A stretch of 64,000 nucleotides of DNA from Nitrososphaerales archaeon (GTDB taxonomy: Archaea; Thermoproteota; Nitrososphaeria; Nitrososphaerales; UBA213): contig CBDAOC010000019.1 of the NCBI GenBank assembly GCA_965197925.1, positions 512,001 to 576,000 on the forward strand, given 5' to 3'. A model generated the notes under the pieces. It was not told the DNA's origin and made no database searches. It saw only the letters and a list, made by a program, of their open reading frames with translations. The translations under genes and the position numbers were made by a program. Of this stretch, positions 42,901 through 52,969 are shown piece by piece (positions within the stretch are counted from its first letter, which is position 1; each line of letters begins with the position of its first letter).

Positions 42901-44445
42901 TTACATATCACTCGTACCTTCAGGAATATCGAAGTTCATCTTATATTGCGAGAAATCTTCAATTAGTTTTGTCAGATCCTGTCTATAATAATCTAATCTA
43001 TCCGGATCATACTTCTGTACTAACTCTATTCCTTCTTGGCTATTGATCCTATGCATGATTACATTGCGATGAACATAACCAGTTACGTATCTGCAACTGC
43101 GTTTTTTTGCTTCGCTTAGAAATTTAATTCTAAGCCAATGACCGCCCCTTCCACCCGAGTAACCCGCCTTGACGTTGATACTTTCCAGGTATACAGTATT
43201 TCTCTTACCCTTATTTTCATCACTAGTGCCGCGTCGAAGACTGTAATTCTCAAGGGGTCCGCCCTTGGCATAACCAACAATCTTACCATTTTCTTCGTTG
43301 ACCCTTAAGGTGATCAAGATAGTTTCATTTTTAGATAATGATTTCTCAAACTTTCCTTCGTTAATGCGTATAGGAACAGGAAGTTCTCTGTATAAATTCA
43401 AAACACATTCTTTCACATTTCCATCAAGATTGCTCTCAATTTTTTCTACGATCGGTACAAGTTCAATTTCTTTCCTATAAATTAAATCTTTCACAGTCAA
43501 TTCCTCTTCCATTGCCTTCTTGAATGCCTCTACATTGTCAAAGAAGGTTTTTTGATATTTTTCAGATATACCCCCCAATACAAGTTCAGTCATTTTCCTC
43601 TCCTCCTTGAGTGTACTGAAATATTTCACAGATTCTTCATTGATCAAAGAGGGATGCCATCCTAAAGCGTGGGCATTTCGTCGAGCAAGTTCCTTGGAGT
43701 GAGCAAAGTTGCCTAGAGCATAACCTGCTATTCGTTCTGCAACTGACAAGAACCATCCAAGGTCTTCATAATGCTTTCTTGTTTTAACATCATGCTCGGG
43801 AATTCCAGCTGCCGTGAATAATTCCTGTATTCTCTTCCTTGCATGTTCGGCAATCTTGCCCTTGAAGGGATAAACAGTACGGTGTATTATTGCAATTACA
43901 ATATCGTTGTTTAATCCAACATCATCGATGAACCTCCTTATTCTTTCGTCGTTTCTTATGAACCATTCAACGGAATCTTCATTGGGCTTATCAAATTCCT
44001 TTAATGGATCGTAGTCATGAAATAGAGCGGCCATAAAAAGATAACTTATATCTTCTCTACTGAATATGCCTTTTCCTTTTTGCTCATTGGCGGAGAGCAA
44101 AGTTATGTAAGTTGCCTCAAGCTCATGATCTATGTTATGGTATCCATAATAGTCTGATCCCAGTCCCTTCTTTGAAAACTCTGCGACTGAATGTCGTATT
44201 ACTCTCTTAAGCCACTTGGCTTGAAGTCCAATATCACACCCTAATTGAATTATCTTATCCTTCAAAACTGCTTCTTCAGCGATACCTATGTTGTAACGCA
44301 ACCACCAAGGGAACAACTTGAACCGTTTGTAACACTCATACCACCATGGAAGTGGATTAGCAAGAGGATTTACTGGGGGCGAATATTTTTCTATATCATC
44401 GTCTTGATTATCAATTTTTTCATGTGGAAAAGGCAATGTCACCAC
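42901..44445 (-). CDS. HD-domain protein with a possible GNAT-like C-terminal domain
   Basis: YHNIDH...AALFHDYD (HD); C-terminal KIVGY...VYLESINVKAGYSGGRGG resembles an acyl-CoA-binding motif. Confidence 0.7.
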   Translation of the reverse strand: MVTLPFPHEKIDNQDDDIEKYSPPVNPLANPLPWWYECYKRFKLFPWWLRYNIGIAEEAVLKDKIIQLGCDIGLQAKWLKRVIRHSVAEFSKKGLGSDYYGYHNIDHELEATYITLLSANEQKGKGIFSREDISYLFMAALFHDYDPLKEFDKPNEDSVEWFIRNDERIRRFIDDVGLNNDIVIAIIHRTVYPFKGKIAEHARKRIQELFTAAGIPEHDVKTRKHYEDLGWFLSVAERIAGYALGNFAHSKELARRNAHALGWHPSLINEESVKYFSTLKEERKMTELVLGGISEKYQKTFFDNVEAFKKAMEEELTVKDLIYRKEIELVPIVEKIESNLDGNVKECVLNLYRELPVPIRINEGKFEKSLSKNETILITLRVNEENGKIVGYAKGGPLENYSLRRGTSDENKGKRNTVYLESINVKAGYSGGRGGHWLRIKFLSEAKKRSCRYVTGYVHRNVIMHRINSQEGIELVQKYDPDRLDYYRQDLTKLIEDFSQYKMNFDIPEGTSDM

Positions 44446-44520
44446 CAGTATTCATTAATTTAATTAGATCACATTCCTATAAAAATTGTGATTCCTATAA
44501 TAATCGTAACTAATAAGTTA

Positions 44521-45360
44521 TTAAAACATTGTGACGCTTATCAAATCTTCCAAATTTAACCTGGACTTGTCAGCAATTATTCGCAATTCATTCTTTGCTT
44601 TATTGGTGTAATCGTGAACTATAGTCTGCATTCTTTCGATCAGTTCCTTTGGTTGACTAGCGTTGTTCATAAGGATGTTGAACAATCGTTGCTCGTTTTT
44701 CCAATCCAAAAGGTCATCGTGGATCTGATATGCTATGCCTATATATCTTCCAAAATTTGTCAAAGCATTAGTTTGATCGTCATCACCCTCACCTATTATA
44801 GCACCGATCTTTGATGCAGCTTCGAAGAGTGAAGCTGTCTTATAACTTACCACATTAACATAGTCATCGATTGTTAAATTCCCAGAGGAATTAAGTCTTA
44901 CCTCAAGCATTTCGCCCTCGCTCATTTTTAGTGCAGCATTGGCAAGTTCATTTCCAAGCCTTGGATTTCTTAATTTGGCTGCTACATTAAGTATGATACC
45001 CAGAACAAAATCAGCAGTAAGTATAGACATATTGTATCCATATTGAATATGAAATGACATTTTTCCCCTACGTTCCTTCTCTTCATCCACTATATCATCA
45101 TGAATTACAGATTCTGTGTGTAAAAATTCTATTGCAGAGGCGGCCAAGTAAGCATCACTATCACATTTGCCAACACTTTCTGAAGAAAGAACCAGTATCA
45201 ATGGTCTAATTCTCTTGCCTCCCTCGCAAGCATACCTTAAAGGAGCATAAAATTCTGACCATGAATAAAGGTTAAGCTCATACCATAATGCATCCTCTAT
45301 CTTGTTCAAATGGTTCCCAAATGATTCATGTAAAGGATTTACCTTGGTGCTCCTTTTCAA
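44521..45360 (-). CDS. Polyprenyl (geranylgeranyl) diphosphate synthase
   Basis: Motifs GGKRIRP, HDDIVD..RRG, KTASLF and YQIHDDLLD. Confidence 0.93.
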   Translation of the reverse strand: MKRSTKVNPLHESFGNHLNKIEDALWYELNLYSWSEFYAPLRYACEGGKRIRPLILVLSSESVGKCDSDAYLAASAIEFLHTESVIHDDIVDEEKERRGKMSFHIQYGYNMSILTADFVLGIILNVAAKLRNPRLGNELANAALKMSEGEMLEVRLNSSGNLTIDDYVNVVSYKTASLFEAASKIGAIIGEGDDDQTNALTNFGRYIGIAYQIHDDLLDWKNEQRLFNILMNNASQPKELIERMQTIVHDYTNKAKNELRIIADKSRLNLEDLISVTMF

Positions 45361-45628
45361 ATCAGAACGATTACAATTTACCTCGTAATATTATTAATGC
45401 TTTTGGGAGTCGTTGAATGTATTGGCTTAATTTGGTCGGCTGGAGCTCATTCAAAGTAAGAACCTCGGTACCTTAGATTAGTACATAAAACCTTTTTGAA
45501 TCGAACAACGGTTATATTTTGAATACATTCACTGCTCAAGAATATGTAATTTAGTTTCGAACTATGGACAAGGATTCTAATTGAATTCAAACTGCATATT
45601 TATATTCTGTTAGACCCGTTATCCCATA

Positions 45629-46966
45629 ATGGTTCAGATACTTACTGAAAGTATAGATAATTTACGTACTGAATTTATCGAGGTAAGGAAAAAGACTCTA
45701 GACCTCTTCAAACCCTTGAAGATTGAAGATGCAGTTATGCAGTCTAATGTGTTCGGGAGTCCACCCAACTGGCATCTTGCTCACACTACTTGGTTCTTTC
45801 AAAAGGTTTTGGAAAAACATGGTAAAAAAATGGATTTTGAAAAGCAAATCAATACAGAGTATCTTAACTCCTACTACCAGAAATTTCAAAGCATACTCCC
45901 TAAACCTGAAAGAGGAAGATTTCCAAGACCTGTAGTGAAGGAGACTTTGAATTACAGGTCTTTGATGGAGAAAGAAGTTCTCTCCTTACTAAACAATGCT
46001 GAATCCTATGATAATCAATTAGAGGGTTTTAAATATGATATAATGTTGGCGAACCAGCATGAGATGCAACATCAGGAGTTGATGGTCTACGACTTGCAAC
46101 ACTACTTCCAGCGTTATCCTGATACTGAGGATAATTATATACCTCACACTTTAAAAAATCCACCGTGGGGGACTGAAATGCCCGGTGGTATGGTAGAGAT
46201 CGCTGGGGGAATTTATGAATTGGGTTTTAATGGAGAAACCTTTTGCTATGACAACGAGCTACCTGAACATAAGGTCTACCTGCAGTCATTCAAAATGGAT
46301 GTAACGCCTGTCACCAACCAAGAATTTATGAAGTTCATAGATGATGGAGGGTATGAGAAGTTCAAATATTGGCTTGCCGATGGATGGGATCTGGTAAAGG
46401 ACCAGGAATGGAAGGCCCCACTTTATTGGGAGTACAAAGAAGGAGTTTGGGTTAAGAAGGATTTTCATGGTTATAACCATATTGACCCAGATCAACCAGT
46501 AACCAATGTAAGTTACTATGAAGCCGATGCCTATGCATGCTGGGCTGGAAAGAGAATCCCGAGCGAGGCTGAATGGGAAAAAGCTGCATCTTGGAATGAA
46601 GAATTGCAGGAAAAAATGCTTTACCCTTGGGGGAATGAAAAGCCTTCTGTTACAAATGCTAATCTACTGGAATCGTATATTTGGGCCCCAACCAGGATTG
46701 GCTCCTATCCAAGAGGTGTGAGTTTCTATGGTTGCCATCAGATGATAGGAGATATTTGGGAGTGGACATCGTCGGAATACAAACTATTTCCAGGATTCAG
46801 GTCCAGATTTGAAGAGTATACAGACAAGTGGGCAATAAACCAGAAAGTTCTTCGAGGTGGATCATTTGCCACCCCGGTCAATCAAATCAGGAACAGTTAT
46901 AGGAACTACTTCAAACCCTATGAAAGAGTTCTATTCGCAGGGTTTCGCTGTGCAAAAGACATCTAA
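45629..46966 (+). CDS. egtB: EgtB-family non-heme iron sulfoxide synthase (DinB-like plus FGE-sulfatase domains)
   Basis: Motifs SPPNWHLAHTTWFF, HEMQHQELM, RIPSEAEWEKAA, VLRGGS and GFRCA. Confidence 0.88.
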   Translation: MVQILTESIDNLRTEFIEVRKKTLDLFKPLKIEDAVMQSNVFGSPPNWHLAHTTWFFQKVLEKHGKKMDFEKQINTEYLNSYYQKFQSILPKPERGRFPRPVVKETLNYRSLMEKEVLSLLNNAESYDNQLEGFKYDIMLANQHEMQHQELMVYDLQHYFQRYPDTEDNYIPHTLKNPPWGTEMPGGMVEIAGGIYELGFNGETFCYDNELPEHKVYLQSFKMDVTPVTNQEFMKFIDDGGYEKFKYWLADGWDLVKDQEWKAPLYWEYKEGVWVKKDFHGYNHIDPDQPVTNVSYYEADAYACWAGKRIPSEAEWEKAASWNEELQEKMLYPWGNEKPSVTNANLLESYIWAPTRIGSYPRGVSFYGCHQMIGDIWEWTSSEYKLFPGFRSRFEEYTDKWAINQKVLRGGSFATPVNQIRNSYRNYFKPYERVLFAGFRCAKDI

Positions 46967-47156
46967 ACCTTGGATGAGCATTAATGGAAAGTTCCAGAAT
47001 TAATGCTATCAACATTTAGAATTGACCGAGGGGTTGGCTTGATCAATGTATTTCATATATAGAAATAGGTATATTGACAAGTCTGGAGGTCAATTATTAA
47101 CTATTTATAAGCATCCTGATATATATTATTAAATATTCAGCTATTCATAACGCTAA

Positions 47157-47187
47157 TCTTATTATGATAAGACTTATTAATTAATAA
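47157..47187. promoter_or_regulatory. Adjacent palindromes upstream of the metal ABC operon (candidate metalloregulator site)
   Basis: TCTTAT-TATG-ATAAGA (47157-47172) and TTATTAATTAATAA (47174-47187); AT-rich, so chance is not excluded. Confidence 0.4.
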
Positions 47188-47207
47188 TTTTAAGATATAG
47201 TAGCAAA

Positions 47208-48212
47208 ATGAGGTCTAGTAAAAAGTGGCGAATCATTGGTGGTGGAATTGCAGTTGCTGTTATGGTAGGATTAACATTATTTATGACTTCAAGTGTCTTG
47301 GAGCAAATACCCGCTCGGAGTAATCAGGAATCCGAAAATATGGGAATCCAACCAGATGAGAATAAGTTAGGGACTAAAACCAGAGTGATAGCCTCATTTT
47401 ATCCATTGTACGATTATGCACGAAATGTAGGTAAGGAAAAGATTGAAGTTTCAACTCTAATTCCGATTGGCATAGAACCTCATCTGTGGGAACCTACAGC
47501 TGCAAGTATGCAGCAACTAAGAACAGCAGATATTTTCATCTATAATGGTGCCGGGTTTGAACCATGGGTGGAAAAAATTATTGTAGCAAGAGAACTTACT
47601 GGCTTGAAATCCTTCGAAACTACAAAAGGTATTAAATTGATAAAATCCACTGATGGAGATAAAGTGAACGCTGATGGACATGAAGGGACAGATCCTCATC
47701 TGTGGTTAGATCCCATACTTGCGAAACATCAGGTTAACCTAATAAAAGATGCTTTAATTGAAGTTGATCCTCTAAATACTGAGTACTATGTAGATAACGC
47801 GGAAACATATATAGCGAAATTAGACAAATTGGATGCAAAGATAAGATCTGAACTTGCCAGTTGTAAAAGAGACACATTTATATCATTTCATCAGGCATTC
47901 AGTTATTTTGCAAATAGGTACGGGTTAATTCAGGTTTCTCTAGCGGGGATCAACCCTGAAGCAGAAGCTTCTCCTGCAGAACTCAAAGAATTTGTAGAAT
48001 TTGCCAGAACGAATGATATCAAAGTAATTTATTCTGAAGAACTGATAAATCCTAGACTCGCGGAAATTCTAGCTGCTGAAGTAGGTGCAGAAGTGTTACT
48101 TTTAAGCCCGATTGAAGGATTAACCAATGAAGAATTGGGGGAAGATTTAACATACCTTGACAAGATGGAACAGAATTTGCAGAACCTCAAGATAGGGCTT
48201 GAATGTACATGA
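47208..48212 (+). CDS. znuA: Zn/Mn ABC transporter substrate-binding protein
   Basis: Motifs EPHLWEPT, DPHLWLDP and FHQAFSYF; N-terminal TM anchor. Confidence 0.9.
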   Translation: MRSSKKWRIIGGGIAVAVMVGLTLFMTSSVLEQIPARSNQESENMGIQPDENKLGTKTRVIASFYPLYDYARNVGKEKIEVSTLIPIGIEPHLWEPTAASMQQLRTADIFIYNGAGFEPWVEKIIVARELTGLKSFETTKGIKLIKSTDGDKVNADGHEGTDPHLWLDPILAKHQVNLIKDALIEVDPLNTEYYVDNAETYIAKLDKLDAKIRSELASCKRDTFISFHQAFSYFANRYGLIQVSLAGINPEAEASPAELKEFVEFARTNDIKVIYSEELINPRLAEILAAEVGAEVLLLSPIEGLTNEELGEDLTYLDKMEQNLQNLKIGLECT

Positions 48213-49006
48213 ATGTATTGGAAGTTCAGAATGTATCAATTGGATACAACGGAAATCTGGCCTTACATAAAATCAACTTTACTGTAGAACAAGGTGATCT
48301 TGTAGGCATTGTTGGGCCAAATGGGGCAGGAAAAACTAGCTTATTTAGAGCAATCCTTGGATTACAAAATTTCCAGGGTAAGATAAAATTGTTCGGGTAT
48401 GAAGGGAAACAATATTCCCGATTGCTCCCAATGGTAGGTTACGTTCCCCAAAAAGTATACTTCGAACCAAACTTTCCTGCAACTGTTTCTGATGTAGTTT
48501 CGATGGGTATGCTATCAGAAAAGGAATTGGTTGGGCGTGCTGCATTATTGCAGAATTATGATTTTCACTGGAATAGACCATACAAACCTTCAAACAAGGG
48601 AAAAGAAAGGGTAAATGAAGCACTAAAGATCGTTGGGTTGGAATCATATATAGATAAAAGAATTGGTGAACTCTCTGGAGGAGAACAGCAACGCACCTTC
48701 ATCGCAAAGGCAATAGTTAACGATCCATTGTTATTGATACTGGACGAACCAGTTACTGGTATTGATGTAAAAGTACAGAACAGATTTTACACTTTGCTTA
48801 GAAAAATAAATGAGGAGAACAAAATTACCATTGTATGGGCTTCACATGACCTCACGGCAATTTCACAACTGGCAAACAAAGTAGCATGTATTAACAGAAG
48901 TCTATTTTTTCATGGAGAAAAGAATGAATTTTTCACAAATAAGGACTTGTTGACAATTTACACTGAATCAGCCATGCAGTTGCATATGCATGATCATGAC
49001 TTGTGA
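48209..49006 (+). CDS. znuC: Zn/Mn ABC transporter ATPase
   Basis: Motifs GPNGAGKT, LSGGEQQR and LDEP; His-rich tail. Confidence 0.92.
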   Translation: MNVLEVQNVSIGYNGNLALHKINFTVEQGDLVGIVGPNGAGKTSLFRAILGLQNFQGKIKLFGYEGKQYSRLLPMVGYVPQKVYFEPNFPATVSDVVSMGMLSEKELVGRAALLQNYDFHWNRPYKPSNKGKERVNEALKIVGLESYIDKRIGELSGGEQQRTFIAKAIVNDPLLLILDEPVTGIDVKVQNRFYTLLRKINEENKITIVWASHDLTAISQLANKVACINRSLFFHGEKNEFFTNKDLLTIYTESAMQLHMHDHDL

Positions 49007-49887
49007 TCGTTATGGTCTTGGATATTTTTACTTATGGTTTTATGCAACGAGCGATAATTTCGGGCATTACTATAGCAGTCATCTGTTCCTTGGTAGGTTT
49101 ATTTTTGGTACTAAGAAGGTATTCTCTCTTTGGTGATGCTTTATCACATATGGCGTTTGGAGGGATATCTTTAGGTTTATTTCTGAATGTTTATCCGTTA
49201 TGGACTGCTTTTGTGGTATCCCTTCTTAGTGCCCTTGGAATCACTAAACTTAGGAAGAACGCCAAAATATCAGGTGATGCAGCTGTTGCGGTATTACTAT
49301 CATCTGGACTTGCAATTGGAGTATTGTTGGTCAGTGCTTCAAAAGGATTTACTGTTGATCTCTTTAGCTTCCTTTTTGGTAGCATCTTGCTAACTACTTT
49401 GGAAGATACTTTGCTTATTGTAACTATAGGTGCGGGGATAGTTGTAACTGTAATAACCTTCAGAAAGCAACTGTTGTATGTTACTTTCGACGAGGAGCAG
49501 GCACAGGTAAGTGGATTACCAATTGACAAACTGAATTATGTATTTATGATCTTGGCATGTGTAACTGTGATTACATCGATGCGTCTGGTTGGAATCCTTT
49601 TAATATCAGCGTTAATAGTGTTGCCTAACATAACAAGCATCTTGATGGGTAAGGGATTTAAGAAGACAGTCATGATTTCGATTTCTTTGTCAGTGACAGC
49701 TGTAGTGAGTGGAATAATTCTATCCTACTACCTTGATCTAGCGCCATCAGGAACTATAGTTATGATGTCTGTCGTAATGTTCCTGGGTACCTTGTTAGCA
49801 AAATCTTTGGGTCTCTTTTCGAAAAAAAATTATGTAAAAGAAATGGATGTTCCCAGAGATCATCAAAAAAGTGAACATTCTGCTTAG
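49003..49887 (+). CDS. znuB: Zn/Mn ABC transporter permease
   Basis: Motifs GDALSH, FLFGSIL and VGILLISAL. Confidence 0.92.
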   Translation: MIVMVLDIFTYGFMQRAIISGITIAVICSLVGLFLVLRRYSLFGDALSHMAFGGISLGLFLNVYPLWTAFVVSLLSALGITKLRKNAKISGDAAVAVLLSSGLAIGVLLVSASKGFTVDLFSFLFGSILLTTLEDTLLIVTIGAGIVVTVITFRKQLLYVTFDEEQAQVSGLPIDKLNYVFMILACVTVITSMRLVGILLISALIVLPNITSILMGKGFKKTVMISISLSVTAVVSGIILSYYLDLAPSGTIVMMSVVMFLGTLLAKSLGLFSKKNYVKEMDVPRDHQKSEHSA

Positions 49888-49916
49888 AATATAGATTATA
49901 ACTGCTAAGAAATGAG

Positions 49917-50008
49917 TGCTCCGGCCGGGATTTGAACCCGGGATCCGCGGCTCGAAAGGCCGCTATGCTTGACCGGGTTGTGCAGCATCTCTTCTACACC
50001 ACCGGAGC
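49917..50008 (-). tRNA. tRNA-Glu(TTC) with a 16-nt D-loop intron (49978-49993, position 15/16)
   Basis: Acceptor GCTCCGG/CCGGAGC, anticodon arm GCGGC-CTTTCGA-GCCGC, T-arm CCGGG-TTCAAAT-CCCGG; BHB GTGT/GCAC with bulges AGA and AAC. Confidence 0.92.
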
Positions 50009-50086
50009 ACAGGCATGCGAAGAGTTAGTTGCAATAAAATCTTTTCCAGCATAAGATTTTTTTAGGGGGATATTGACTGTAAATCT

Positions 50087-50719
50087 ATGATTATAAAGAG
50101 AATAGATGAAGAAATAGAGAATAGGAGTCTTCTAAAACATCCTTTTTACCAGATGTGGTCGGAAGGCAAGCTAAGCATCCCAGCACTTCAAGGGTATGCA
50201 AAGGAGTACTTCCATTTGGTTAAGGCTGTACCTATGATGGTTGAGCGCTTGTCAATTCTAAACGATGATGAGAATATTCTAGATATTCTACAGGATGAGA
50301 AGGAGCATATTCAACCATGGGTAAAGTTTGCAGGTGCTTTAGGAGTTAATAGAGAGGAGCTTGAGGGTTACTGCGTGTCAGCAAAAACACGGGAGTCCAT
50401 AAATAAGATGTTGAATCTTATGGGAACCTTTGAGAACGGTATTGCTGCATTGTATTCTTACGAGGCTGCTATTCCCAAGATAAGCAGGGCAAAGATTGAT
50501 GGTCTTGCCAAGTTTTACGACATTGTTGATGATGACGCAACTGAATACTTTAGGATTCATGAAACTGTGGATTTAAAGCATTCTGCCGTGTGGCGAAACA
50601 AGCTTGAAAGTCTTCCAGCTGACAGGCAAGAAGATGCATACAATGGCGCAGTATCGTCGCTGATTGCACAAAATACACTTCTTGACGCAATATGTGAAGA
50701 GTATGTAAAACCAATGTAG
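50087..50719 (+). CDS. CADD/PqqC-like heme-oxygenase-like diiron oxidase
   Basis: Motifs LLKHPFYQMWSEGKL, DEKEH, ALYSYE, KIDGL and YFRIHETVDLKH. Confidence 0.82.
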   Translation: MIIKRIDEEIENRSLLKHPFYQMWSEGKLSIPALQGYAKEYFHLVKAVPMMVERLSILNDDENILDILQDEKEHIQPWVKFAGALGVNREELEGYCVSAKTRESINKMLNLMGTFENGIAALYSYEAAIPKISRAKIDGLAKFYDIVDDDATEYFRIHETVDLKHSAVWRNKLESLPADRQEDAYNGAVSSLIAQNTLLDAICEEYVKPM

Positions 50720-51273
50720 TATGAGTATGAATATATAATCCATTATTTCTTATAAAATTTGTTCTTCACAACTGACAGGGTTGGATCTTGCATGGTTTGT
50801 TACTGGCAAATAACTATACTTCAGATTATTCCATTTTAGCATATACCTGACAAATTATCTGTTATAATCCAAATTTTTCTAAAAGATATTACCATTAGAA
50901 GAAATATACTTTAGGTTTATCACTATTGTTGGTACATGGGTGAGTATTGTATTATCACTATGGATTATTCCAATTAATGCCTTGTATTTTGGAAGGTCTC
51001 CAAAATACAAGACTAATGAATGTGATAGAGAGAACATTACGTATGATGTTAGTTGAATTGTTTATCAATAGTTCAAGTATCTTCAGAAAGAAGGTAAATC
51101 CTTTGCTTAGCCAATGTATTAACTGAAGGGCAATAGAACTCAGGAATAATTGGCCTTGGTCAAATTATGACTTTATTAAAAGACTATTAACACATAAGCA
51201 AAATATATAGGGTTTGATTCAATGAAAATATAGGCCTAATGTAAGATGTTACGAAATGGGTCGAAAGCTAGGA

Positions 51274-51383
51274 GGGCCCGTAACTACTGCGAAAAAGTAG
51301 AGGGAAGCTTAGCCTGGCAGAGCGACCGGCTCATAATGATATGAGAAACCGGTAGGTCAAGGGTTCAAACCCCTTCGGGCCCA
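51274..51383 (+). tRNA. tRNA with CAT anticodon (probably tRNA-Ile2) with two introns (51283-51306 at 9/10; 51336-51347 at 37/38)
   Basis: Acceptor GGGCCCG/CGGGCCC (Ile-like), D-arm GCTTAGCCTGGCAGAGC, anticodon stem ACCGG/CCGGT, T-arm AAGGG-TTCAAAC-CCCTT. Ile2 versus elongator Met is inferred from the acceptor stem. Confidence 0.9.
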
Positions 51384-51522
51384 CTCGTTTATTAGGTGTA
51401 AACAATTTTCACTTATCTGGGAGATTTTTGGTCATATCAATTTAGCCCCTGAATTTTTCCAATTAGAGTGATTACCCAGAATATAATCACTAATTATCCA
51501 TTTCGATCTTAAGGAATTAGTT

Positions 51523-52614
51523 GAGGCTTGGGCGTAATTTAGTTCGAAACGATAAGATCAGGTTTCAATTTTCATTGGTAATATGTTTAGCTTAGACTCC
51601 ATACTTCTTCGTATATTATTTTTGATTGACGTGATTCGGACAAAACCTAATAGGAAAAGGGGTAGACCATTCTACTATTCTCCTACAGTTATGGTAGATG
51701 CTTCATCGTTAGAGTATGGATAAGAATACCAGGCAACAATGCTTTGCATGAATACTTTTCGATAGACATGCCATACAACAGGAGAGTTATGGAATCATGT
51801 AGTCTTGATAGGTTGCCAGATAAAAGAACATTCGATAGAAGGTTCAAGGCCGTATCAATTGACATAAGATCAAGGATAGATGTTATGGGTATGCTCTTCA
51901 TAAAAGATGGGTTGGTAGACCCAGCCATAGTATCCGTTGACAGTTCATTGTTGAAAGCAAAGGGACATGTATGGCATAGATCAAACATGAAGAAGAATGA
52001 AGTGCCACGCTCCGGTATAGATACAGATGCTCGATGGGGCTACAGCAGAACCAAGGGATGGGTATTCGGATACAAGATGCATCTAGCATGTAGTACTGGT
52101 TCGTTGATAGTTCCATTATCAGCTGATTTCACAACAGCTAACATTACTGATAACAAGATGTATGAAAGCATAACATCTTCATTGCCTACAGGAATGGTAA
52201 AGTATGTTGTAGGAGATGAAGGATATGATGATCACAAGTTATGTGATTTCAACAGGTATAGAGGGCATCCAGTATTCCCATTGGAAAGGTATAGGCATAC
52301 TACAGATAATAATAGACTGGCATTGCTGCAGTTCTATAACTCTGAATTTGGACAGCATGTATATTCTCGGAGGAGCATAAGCGTTGAGCCATTGATAGAG
52401 CATATGAAGGATGTATTTACCATAGATCCATTGCCAGTTAGAGTGTTCGATAAAGCTAGGAGCATCGTTCTGATTTCTATATTGCTATACCAGCTGATGG
52501 TATACTACAACTACTTGACAGGAAGACCATTAAGGGCATTGAAGCATATGTTGGGAAGTTAATCAATCAGAGGCATCAAGTTATTTTTGTTATATGGAAT
52601 AATGCCCATGCCTC
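51523..52614 (+). mobile_element. IS-B: full-length DDE insertion sequence with frameshifted transposase (51583-52562)
   Basis: TIRs GAGGCTTGGGCGTAATT / AATAATGCCCATGCCTC; 8-bp TSD AATTAGTT (51515-51522, 52615-52622); DDE-like VDSS, GYKMH, GDEGYD and R.SVE; 1-nt loss near 51694. Exact IS family not determined. Confidence 0.88.
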
Positions 52615-52735
52615 AATTAGTTATTAAATCTAATACCCCCCTCTAGTTCTTTTGGATTGAAGCCAAATCATATCAATGTTATCAGCCAAATCTATAAGGA
52701 AGGATATTCTTCAAGATTAGTAAGGTGTACTTTGG

Positions 52736-52969
52736 TTGGCGAAAGTGTATGTATTGATAGCCGTGGATGCTGGCTATGAAGATGTTGTAGTTAATCAGAT
52801 CAGAGCCATTCAAGGTGTGGTAGAGGCACATGTAGTTTTATCTGGTGCTACTGATATAATAGCAGAAATAGAAAGGGATGATAAAGAAAGTATACGTAGT
52901 ATTGTTCATGATAAAATCAGAAAAATATCACAGGTGAGATCAACGCATGTGAACACTGTAATGGATTAG
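52736..52969 (+). CDS. Stand-alone Lrp/AsnC ligand-binding (RAM) domain protein
   Basis: Segments VYVLI, GVVEAHVV.SGATDIIAEI and KIRKISQVRST. Confidence 0.85.
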   Translation: MAKVYVLIAVDAGYEDVVVNQIRAIQGVVEAHVVLSGATDIIAEIERDDKESIRSIVHDKIRKISQVRSTHVNTVMD

